From the NCBI GenBank assembly GCA_963924565.1, contig OZ004611.1:26474001-26538000 (forward strand): 64,000 nt of DNA, in the 5' to 3' direction. The notes beneath the pieces were generated by a model. It was not told the origin of the DNA. It saw nothing but the letters and a program-made list of their open reading frames with translations, and did not search any database. Numbering within the stretch: the first letter of the stretch is position 1; each line of letters begins with the position of its first letter. The position numbers and the translations under genes are program-made. The stretch is from Ascidiella aspersa. Lineage: Eukaryota. Positions 33,637 through 45,046 of this stretch are shown here, in pieces.

Positions 33637-36600
33637 GATAAAATAAAAACTCGGGTTAAAACGCTAAAATTATTTACGCCTCAAGCAATAATATAACTAA
33701 GCAGTTTATCGTACCATGACTGGGGGTTAACAGACCCGCTACGAGGTTGCGATGGCTGAGTGCCTAAATACATCTTGGAGGTCAATACTATTTCCATGAA
33801 AGTTACCACTAGGAGAGGTATTGAGCGTATCTCGTAAAATTCATGTCGACCTTAATTTCATGCGACACAACAGAGCGAACGTAACAGGTTCGAAGCCTTT
33901 GAAAGTTACCTAAAATAAAACTATTAGCCGTACTTCGGATGTTGGTGTATGACAAGAGTAATTCAAACTTCATTTCCGTGAGAAGTGATGTTCGATAATT
34001 TCGGATCAGAGCCGATAATCGATGCCAAGTATTTAGTATCGGTATTCATCTGATACTCGGGCTGTACAGGTTCCCCAAAAAATATTGCATTTCAATCCAT
34101 GGTTTGCGGTCCCTGAAGGCGATTTGTACATATTTACATTTATCGGTTGATAGCCGTATTTGTCTTGTTCAAAAACGTAATGTTGCTTTTGCACAACAGT
34201 GCACAGGTTATAGATGAATACAGCAGATGTGACTGTTAACGAGACAAAGATTGTTTTTGCTTGCGAAAACAAGAAACAAACTGATACCTTACATCAGCCA
34301 AAACTCACACTGTAACATACTTTTCCCTTTACTATTTTGTGTAATATCGCTTCACACAAATTGCTGAAGTAGGCCATCGCTTTTCAAATAAACAAGCTTT
34401 TGTAAATTGAAAAGCAGATAAATATGACGTATCTTTTTGAAGTAATCTCCGAAAAAATTGTCATATCCCAAAACAATTCCTAGAGTCGCTCGCCTGCGTG
34501 TGGCCCGTTTTTTCAGTTTTCAACAAACATTAATGAAATTATGTTGTGTGAAATTGTAAGGGTTTTTAGAATACCATTTCCTACTAACAGTTTTTAAGTT
34601 AAGTTATTACTCAGGTACAGAATCGTGTGTTCATATGCTTTCTTTTAATATCCATCCAATTGGCGCTTGAGGATTTTGCTTATAAATCATGACTTGAATT
34701 TAATGCATTAATAGATTCAGTCTCCAGTATTTCACTTTAAAAGCCAAAGACTCAAATTGGACAGAAGAGTTTTATTGACAACACTGGGACTTGACTAGCG
34801 TGTCTAAAATGCCCAACTGGCAATGACAATGCTTATTTTGTGTCACTGTCACCAAGCAGTGCATATTTAGAGTAAACCGCCCTACGACAAAATCCTTGAG
34901 AGAAACCCGCCGAGAACTACACGTTGATTCTAATTACAACTGACAGAAGACATGCAATAACATAGGTACGGCGATGTTTGTCATGCCTGCCACTTGCGAT
35001 TTGACTTGGAAACGCACCTCATAAGTTCAGTTTATAGATCCCATTATACTTACACCGTTTTCTAAAATATCCTCTTTTAATGTCGTCAAGGAGGTTTTTA
35101 AATACTGTTCTTTCACCCTAATATAAATTACTTTTATCTTGACATCCTTAAGTATATTTTGTCTTTTGTAATTTCGTATGACGTCACAACGTTACGTCAA
35201 AAAACAAACAATCTACAAAACGTTTGTTCCAAATCAAACTCGTGCACAAAAAGCAGCTAAAACCCGGTATAATCGCGCGAAAAGTAGCGTTTAGTTGGTT
35301 TTAATTGGCTTTACTTTTAGTTAAGTAGTTCACGTGACGCATTATGCGCATTCATGAGATTAGCATACTGCTCAAAATAACAGGATTTATAGCCTAAAAA
35401 ATTGCACTTTGTAGAGTTTATTGGTCACACGCAACATGTTAAAGTATGCATAGCGCTTTTGCACTGAATAGATATTTTTAAACGCCAAAAAAATCGAAAA
35501 AAAAGTTTTAGCAAAAAAAGATATCTATATTCAAAGAAAAAACTTTGTAAAAAAATGCAAAATAAATAAATGTTAACGTTTCTTCAGATTTTCATGCCAA
35601 CACAAGGTTGTAAAATCAAGAAGACCTGTCAGTCAGCATGGTGGTTAAATACTGTAAGACACTTCAGGAATCCAAAATAATATCTGCCGAATCTTGTTTA
35701 ACTTAAAATACGGTAATTCGGATATACATTTACACTTAGAAAAAAAGTGAAAAACAAGAGGCCTAGTAGTTGTAAAGATTTTATTCGGCCTGTTTGAACT
35801 TTGGTTCAAAACAATTGCCAGCGCGCTGTTCCATTATACCTTGTCGATCGGCAGGCGCACCTCTCGAAAAGCTTGTCCTAGGCAGGCCAGAGTCTTCTCT
35901 AGGGAGTGTACAAGTGGCTTTCCGCCGCGTTCGGAGCTCGTTTTCCTTCGCTTTATTGCGACCGCAGCTCGCCTTGACAACGCCGCTTTTACATAAAAAA
36001 AACTTGCTTATGCTGCTGTTGCTGTATTGGCTGCTGTACGCCTGTACCTGCTCCCCCGACCTTTCGTGCGCCGTTGGGAGGCTTGTTTCTATCAGGAAAG
36101 AAAGGTTGACGGACGGAATATACTCCGTAAAGTGCGCCCGCCAACTTGGTCGCTCAGGTTTTGTGTCAGGTTTTTACGTCGAATGAAAGCAACAACTTTC
36201 TTGATAATCTAACGCGGCCTATTGTTGTGTTTTCGATGAGCGGTTCATAGTTGTAGGTTTTAGTAGGAAGTAGCTACCTTTGTTTAAGCTTAGCCGCATT
36301 AATAGTAATGTGACTGTTTGATTTTGCCTAACGTTAAAATGATAGATTGAATGCTGTTAAACAACCAATATTTTGTTATCACATCATTGATATTTTGTTA
36401 TCACACCAATGCGGTGATCTCCATGAGCTACAAATCTGATGGTGGTCAAACGGTGTGATGAAATTCAAGTAAGTTTTTGCCCGTGAACGAATGGATATAA
36501 GCTTTGTCGGGAGATCCGTTAAAACGCATGTAGACGCACTTTTCGTGTGATGCGATTTGACTAGATTAAATTTGTATGTTTGTTGAAAAAAAAAAAAAAA

Positions 36601-39600
36601 AAAGTTAGACCGAAAGACCTTTTTGTTGTAAGCCAATTAGACATGAAAAAAATAACTCGTTAATCCAATTCGCAAGGAAGAGAATGCAACGTTTTATTAA
36701 TCAGCAATATTTCCTAAAGCTATCTGAATACTTTCGAGGTATCAACAACACACCTTTACAGTTAATATCGTGCAGTTAATTAAGCAAGGACTTTTAATTT
36801 GTCAAGGTGCACTGATCTCCATCGATTCGATGCCGTGTTTTCTTACAGTAAACTTTAGCTTGCACCTTCTTTCCAGTAGGCGCCGCAAGTTTCACCGTCG
36901 GTCGATAACCAATAACGATACCTGGACAGAGGTGTGTTCATTCCGTGTTCCGCCTAACGCTGTACTGTAAACGGTCCAGTGCTGGTTGTGGTAAAATGCT
37001 GGATACGCTCTACAGCACCTTTGAATATTTTCGTTAAAACTTAAAAAAAAATATATGTTCAATACTTAGAAGCAGGTCAAGTTGATTTTTTTTCAAGATC
37101 TGTGGCAAGACTGTGGTTTGGGTCTAGGTTAAATACAGATTTCGCTTAACAAATTTACACGAAAATGTAACGGCCAAAGTGTTGCTTTAGAATAAAACCT
37201 CTTGAAAACAAAAACCACTCTGGACCACCGTAGGCCAATTAACCATGCCACTTAAATCAAGCGAACTTCGTGTTCTTTTTCCAGGTTTTGTTGCACATTT
37301 TCCTATTCGTTGTAATTAGGAGGAAGGCGGATAACTATGCAAGTTTGCACGAAAAAGTTTTTAAAAGCATTTTTTCCACAATCATATAGTTTCACTTTGA
37401 ACCCCGGGCGGTAAAAAGGGACACTATCGCCCGTAAAAATACCCAAGTGACAAAATAATCTTGGTGACTTCGATTTGGCCATGACATCTTGTCCACGCGC
37501 GGTCGTATGCCTGTTTTGATAACCGCTGCAAATCAAAAAGGGTGCCAGAAGCGTTAAAACGGCCACGAAAAAAGTCCACCTGAGCACAGGAGACCCTCAA
37601 CTCTCAGGTGGCCGCTGTTCAAATAAGCCAAGAGGCCGGGCCTAAGCAACATGCGTTGGTGCGAAAAAAGCTTTGCGAAGCTCTCTCTTTCTTCGTCCCC
37701 GTTTGCGCACTCGGCAGGTTTGGATGACGTCATTAAGATCGGGTTGTCGAAATTTTTTTTTTTTCCGGTTGTACTTTTTCCGCGTCGTCGCAAAATCGCA
37801 GTGTGGCGCAACCGTTTCGAGTATGCGCGGTGCTGCGTTAAAGTCTCTGGTTTCAGACACACTATATAGGCGGAAATCGTTGGCAAACAATATTCCAAAA
37901 ACATAACCTGACCTTCGTAGCAATTTTCAGTAAAACATATGCAAGAGAAATCGATAAAACCGACATTAACTCATGCTTCATATAAGCATAAAGTACATTT
38001 TATCAAAGGCATGTGTTGAAAGGTTTGTAAACGGAAAATGTGTCGATTATAACATGGTTGTTACAAGTTTGCCGTTCAGACGCAAAATGGAATACCTCAC
38101 TTTAGCGGTAGCCGCTTATTTTACAAATGCTATTAAAAACTGTATCTTTGTATGTTACGGATATAATATTTTAATTATTTTGTTAACAAACACAACTTAA
38201 TCTCATAACTGACCAATGCTTGAAGCACAAGGTTCTTATTTCGTCTAGTGACTTAAGAAACAACTCTCGTCCGAGGCAGGCCTTTCAATGTCCGTTTTAT
38301 CAAATCGAATTGTGCATTCGGATATTTATTAGCATGTAATGCAAGTACATTATGGGATGGCGCAAAGAAAGACGCTGGCTACTAATCATAAACATTTTTT
38401 TCGCATTTGCAAAGAGCAGCGAAACATTAAACAAGTTAGCTTGAAAATCATAACTTAATATTCAGCCTTAAATAACAGTCCTAAACTTTCCAAAGAGTCA
38501 GCCAGGGATACCTTTGCTCTAGTTTTGGGCTATTTTGAGTCGAACGCTTTACCTTAAGGCGACCTGCCAGCTGCATCTGTTGCGCGTCAGTCGTACTGCC
38601 CATATACACATCAAGGAAGCTATATTCGGTGTATTGCTGTTTGTTTCGGAGCACACCTTGTAGGGCCACTTCGCGCTGGAGAATTGCCATAGGTCACCTG
38701 CTATTTTTTGATCTGAAAGGGCAGCATTGTGGTCACGAGAAATTCCCAAAATTTCCCAATAGAACATATTAGGACTGAGTGTGCTACAATCTGTTATAGG
38801 TGTGAAGGTGAATAACGCATTATAACACACTCCATAATGGTATTCGTTAGTATGAACGTACTTTAACAGTGTTCACGGAGCTTTGGTAAAGGTTAGCTAA
38901 GTTATGAAAATTATTCGTGCTACTCAAACCACTTTTTTGTATATAGTTCGCAGTTCCACTCAGAAATGTCCGATACTTTTTTATTCCGATACAAATACCC
39001 GATATTTTGGCTAAAATGGCCGACTGTCCGATACAGTACCGAATGACGTCATTCCTATCTTTAAATAGACAAAGTTGAAGAAATTGATGCATGTAAACCT
39101 AGTTTCTGGGTAGTTAAGCCAAGCTGTGATTTTGAGTTAGTAAGCTACACTGGATTGTCAATTGACTGTTTTCTGATCATAGATTGGTGCATTTGTTAGC
39201 AAACCATGACCGACATTCCTATCTCAATTTTTTCTTTTTTCTTCAAAAAGTACTGGTAATGGTGTAACATTACCACCACTGGGCATCGGTCCAATATTAT
39301 TGGACATCCCTAGATTTTAGTGTTGACTTGCCGCTCAATGATTAAGCGGTCACATGTTTCCGCGAATAAACTACCATTGATAATAATGTCCGCGCATTCA
39401 GCACATCAGACAAACGCTGAATCATTAACAAACCTGGTATTTCGAAACTACATGCTGATATGATTACGTTTCTTAACGCATCCTGCACGAAACTATTTAT
39501 ATGAATAGAACGTTACAAATCAATCATCAAGGCTCTGTACTAGATCAACCAGCAGCTCGTGGACAATAAGGAAATAGTTTTTCTACCATAGAAGTTTTTA

Positions 39601-40229
39601 ACACCATCATTCGACGTTTTGAAACTCAGTTTACATACACAAATACTCTTTGATAACAGTTTCGTTTGCCACCCCAGTTCCACCGTTCTTAAGCCCGTAG
39701 AAATGTCACATTTTGTTGAAGATGAACAAGCTGCAGATTAGTGCCACTTACTACGATTGGGCGTCGAAATGTTCCAGTTCGGTTCCATTGTAACTATTAC
39801 CGAAAGCGTACGAACGATCTTTATAACACAAAAAACGGTCTTTATATCAAGCATAGTCATGATTAGTGAATTTAAGGCTATACTTTTTTACAGCTTACTG
39901 AGAGATGGACCAGCGCGGACAGCGTAATAAACACGCGATTGGTTTAACACTATATAAAGATTGCACAAAAAGTAAGACAAGGTTAGGTCAGTAGAAAAAA
40001 ATTATTTTGTGACATTTTTGGTGTTAAAAGCTTTTCGAACAAATATTTATAGTAAGGCGAATTTGTGGCACAGGACCGTACCTATACTTCGCAGGTCGCA
40101 GTTTGGTGACCCACGTTTAAAAATAGACTTTAGTTTTTCTTTTACTTAAGGCAATTGCCCTGAGAAACACTTGGCAAGGATGGATCTTTTGGCTTTACAA
40201 CGAACAAAAGGACCACATATACTGAAAAC

Positions 40230-40450
40230 TACCCAAATGTCCGCATTTATGGGAGCAAATGCCCAAATTTTGAGAACCACATGTTAAAGTGTTAAAGATG
40301 GTCAACCTTCGGAAGAATGGTTTTCAAATTACCGCTTTTAGGAACAAATGTCCGCAGGTTCCAAGTGCTAAAAATGTTAAACAATTGGAAAAATAGTTGT
40401 CAAATTACCGCTTTTGGGGACAAATGTCCACACGATAAGAACCACTAGTT
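40230..40450. repeat. Short degenerate tandem repeat
   Basis: CAAATGTCCRCA three times and TCAAATTACCGCTTTT twice. Confidence 0.6.
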
Positions 40451-43108
40451 CCAAGTGTGAAAAACGTGAGATCTCAAAGTTTTCAAAGCGGTTGCGTAAA
40501 GTTGGCAGCACTATCCGCTTGCGCTGCGAATTTGGAGAGGCTTCTTGTCGTCGTATAGACCTCTCACGCCTTTCCCCTGACGCGAGTTTAAGGCAGAAAC
40601 TCGGTAAAGCGATCCCCCCGGCGAGCTCCCAGCGGGAGATGACCTGCGATTCGTCTCACCGCACAGTCGAACCTTCCACATTACCTGGCACAGTCGCCCA
40701 AGCGCCGACGCGTTGCGAGAATCGGCAGATTCCAGACCTTCAAACGGTAGGAGTCGAAATATAGGTTTTTGATTTGTTGTGCGGGGGAGGAATGAGCATT
40801 GGTTCAGGGAAAAGATGTGGATGACTAATAGATGACTAAAAAACTTGCGAAATCTATGTGTAACTGTTTTTAAGTAACTGTATATTTTGCGTATCTATTT
40901 TAATTTCCGAGCGATTTTATGCAACAGTGAAACATAAATAGAACCGTTTTCCTATTTTGTAGTCGCAAATCTGACTAGATTGGGCAATATTGCAAAAATA
41001 TATTTATATTTTCCCAATTTTTAGTCGCAAATCAAACTATATTGTGTAAAATACTGAGAGGGCGGATCTACTATTGGCTAAATACATTTATAAACTAAGC
41101 TTTAAGGAATTAAACAAATTTCAAGGTTAGTTTTGCATTTTCTTTTGTTGAATCAGGTCTATAGCGCTTTCGTGCAGCTGTTAAACTTAAATATAGGGTT
41201 CTTCCTATTTATTTTTATAATGCAAAATGAGACAAGTGTGTAAAATTTATTTTGCCTTGTTTGATCAAGTTAATTATGAAATGTATATCACAGTCATAAA
41301 ACATTAATCATTATAATTTTCGCTGTAGCCAATAAGCTTGTACATAGAACAGGTTTGACATGTGGAATAATGCATGATAAACGCCAAAATGAGCGCCTCC
41401 ACCAAATAACGCTCGAAATATTGCTAAAAGTTTTTTTCAGGACTTTTTTTCAGGAAGCAAGCTAAGTGAGGCAAGGCTCTTTTCTCTCTAGCGTAGAACG
41501 GCCTAAAGCCTGCAGAGCCTGTAGGGCGTGTTAAGCTAATCGCATTTGGAAGGCCGAAGGTGGATTTTATTCCCCATCGAGCCGAAGTCCCTATTTCGTC
41601 TCAAGACAAGGCGCTTCCTGTTGTGACATCACAATGGCGCGGGCGCGAATCTCGGTTTCGGTGCGAAAGATAGGCCTGTGTTGATCCCGCCTTAAGCAGG
41701 ATCTCGGGTGCTTTCTGCCTTTTGTGGATATTAAAACTTGTGTAACTAACGCTGGCGTTTTATTTACTTTAACTTTTTGTGCCTATCTGTTTACAATTTA
41801 GATGGGGTTTCCTAACCTTTGGGTATTTAACTATGCAGGGTAATTACCCAATATTCGAGGGATTTCATGGGGGTTATTTGGACAATGATATTGGATGCAA
41901 AATGTTGGACTTTTAATTGTTCAAATTTGTATTGGTATTTAAATGCAATTATCAAGATATTCTTGTTGTGTTTAATCGGTAATTGATGGTAGGTCGTAGC
42001 TTTGTTTTTTTAAGGGAGTGACAAATTTTATAACTTATTCACGAGGGCTATTGACACTAAAACGGTGGAGAACCACTTTTTCTAGATATTTTTTGTCGAT
42101 CAGGCGGTCATTGTTTAAGTTGAAGTCAACTGCTAATATTTCGACAAATTGTGTTTTACTGCTTCCGTGTTTCATGTTGCTGAGGTTGAAGACGTGGTTT
42201 ACCAGAGCAGCGCGGCATCCCAGGTTACCGTTTTTCGCTCAAGTGTGCTGAGAGATTTTCTAAAATAGTTTAATTTAATTTTTTGTTAAATATTTTTGAT
42301 TCCTAATTTTTTGTCAATCTGTAGCTGAAATGTTATCAATTTTTTGTGTCCGATTTAAGTGCTACAAATCACGAATGTTTTTGTGAAGTTGATACCCGCT
42401 GTTTCAATTTCGTTTAAGGTAACATAACGGTAAAACCCTGAGTAAAAATGATAGTAAGGGCGCCGAACTATTTATATTTACTAATTATATTTTATGTAGG
42501 GTTCCGTAAGCCTAAAAGTTGTGAGTAGCAATATAATTATGACACCGCACACCAAGGCGTTTCTGACATCCACCTAGAACGCAAAATGATTTGCTTTAAA
42601 CGTTATAGTTGATTGTAAGTTATAGCTGCATTTTTTTAGAAAGCTTTGTGCTATTTTTTTTATTATAGTAGTTTACCGCAAGCTAAAAACGTAAAATCAC
42701 TGATTTAACTAAAAGCAAGTGCAAGTGAATTTTCCTTGTAACGTACCACAATGTTTTTTACCCTATGGGTCGCCACTCAAAGTTAGGTCGCTGTTTATTT
42801 GGTTGGGCCGTCTACCTCAGTAGTTTACATGATTAGATTTATTGAAATTGGTTGTCTCGAAAAAGTTAAGAAAATTGCTTAAGCAGTACAAAGACGTGGC
42901 TAATATTAATTAAATTGTGAGTTGCAATTTGGCTGGGCCAGTACAATTAGCGGGCCAGTTGAATATATATTAATAAAATTCGAATTGATTTATGCCATTT
43001 GTATTATGCGAAGATAATTGGATCGCCAAAACTTCGTTGTTATACGTACGCTTAGCTTTGAGAAACACTGTATGTAACAAGAGGATCTCTCATCGCTATC
43101 CCGTAGAT

Positions 43109-43340
43109 CAGGGATGTCCAACCTGCGGCCCGCGGGCCACATTGCGGCCAGCCTAAAATTTTTGTGCGGCCCGCTAGTCATTTTCACAAGTAGTATTAAC
43201 TCTAAAGGCCAATACTAGGCCTATACCCGTTATAACTCTAAATGCTAATACTTAATCTTAATACTTAATAGGTTCTGTGGCCCATTAAATTATTTCAAGT
43301 GTCAATGCGGCCCGATATAATAAAATGTTGGACATCCCTG
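43109..43340. mobile_element. hAT-superfamily MITE, complete
   Basis: 14-bp TIR CAGGGATGTCCAAC/GTTGGACATCCCTG; perfect 8-bp TSD CCGTAGAT (43101-43108, 43341-43348); GCGGCCC subterminal repeats. Confidence 0.93.
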
Positions 43341-45004
43341 CCGTAGATTGTCCTTTTTCTAGCGGGGACACCCCAAAAAACGCGGCAAATAGCTGAACTT
43401 TCGAGCGACCCAGCTAACGCGGCGACGACCCCATCCGCCACTTTGCAAAGGCGGAACACATGAGGCCGCCCTTCAATGCACCGGAACGTCTGGTGACTGG
43501 AAACTTGGTTTCGTTGATCCATTCGAAACGAAAGGCAACAATACCACCGACAGCATAAACAATCAGGGCGCCGTCGCTCACCAATAGGCATCTTGCAGGT
43601 ATTCATTTGCGTAACAAAGCGGATCATTAGGTATTGAAGGCGCCCGATTGTACGCCAACGCGTCACGTTACCGCATACAATAGTTGTAGCCCAATAGCGA
43701 AAGTATCGAGCCGGGAATGGCGGATACGCGTAAGTTGGGAACTATGCTGCAGAAATCCCCGATCCACTAATTGCAAACCGTCGCGTCGGTTGCAAGTTTG
43801 TAAACTCGTTTCGAAGCGGCGACCTGCTAACTAAGTCAGTTATTCTCAACCTTTTTTGGCTTACAAAATATAAAGTGTTCGCGGCAACCTTTCTAGCACT
43901 TTTATAAAGTGGTTTACTGTGATGTCACCATAAACGAAATTTAAACAGCACATACCTAAGCTTAATTTACCTGGTCCTATTTTAAATTGTCTGTCTCGCT
44001 TTTAATAGTGCGTATCTACTCTTTTATGATATTTGATTCGCGGCACCTTTATCCCTTTTTGTATCGTATTGGTTGAAGTAAAGAAATACAAAACCATGCA
44101 GAAGTATAATTAAAATTATATTGAAATTGAAGTAACATTTATTCAAAACCGCTGACAAATTATTATCGCGTTCTGTTTACGATTTCTAATTATTTTACGA
44201 GTTGTTTAAGCTGCGTTATAAAATGACAAAGCAATAATTTTTTCAAATTAGTATCGTAAACAAAATAGTTCCGACGTTATTTTGAACTACGCTGTAATTC
44301 TCGCAGGCAACATTTATGATATACACATTTAAAAGATACTCTCTTTCACCGTCAGATCTGCTGTGTAATTTATGTTAGTATCGCTACTGAAACCAAGAGA
44401 GATGCGTAATTATACTATTCCCAAAGGCTTGAAACTGACTCACACATGTTTAGTCAGTGTATTTAAGTGATTTGGGGATAAAATTTATCAACAAAGGTAT
44501 TCCACAACTACAACTATAGCATATCATTTCAACCTGGGTTACTTGGCGTTGTATTTGAAATTTGTTAAATGTAACATTTTTTAAATTTCATTTAAAATGT
44601 GCAAAATTGATAAATTGTCTGGTGCCGGTCAAACGGCGCGCTGCGCGATAAACTTTTGTGTTATCGCTGTCGGTAAAGAATTGTGTCATTGCCGATTCTG
44701 CGGCTGATCGAAATTTTTAGCATCGTTGTGCAACCAATGTTCGATCGAGGATTTTAATTATCATGAAACCGACGCCAACTCATATCGCAACTGCATGTAT
44801 GTACGCCTCAATTTTTGCCTGCAGTATTGAAAAGTTCAATTCGATTCGCAGGTTATTGTTTGCAGAAATTTTTTTTGGGCTTTGGAACCCAATACACGTT
44901 TTTTCAGCAATTTCAAGAAAAATGCTAAAGCCATTAACATTTTTCACTTGTCTACACTGATGAAAAATATACAAGTGAAAGATGCCAAACTCGACTTGGA
45001 TTTT

Positions 45005-45046
45005 TTACACTGATAATGGTATGAGGTATTGCCGAAACGTTTGTAA
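45005..45046 (+). ncRNA. Degenerate Penelope-type hammerhead motif (core G8 to A)
   Basis: ttaca-CTGATAA-t-ggta...tgcc-GAAA-CGTT-tgtaa; 5-bp stem I; core differs from CTGANGA at one position. Confidence 0.5.
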
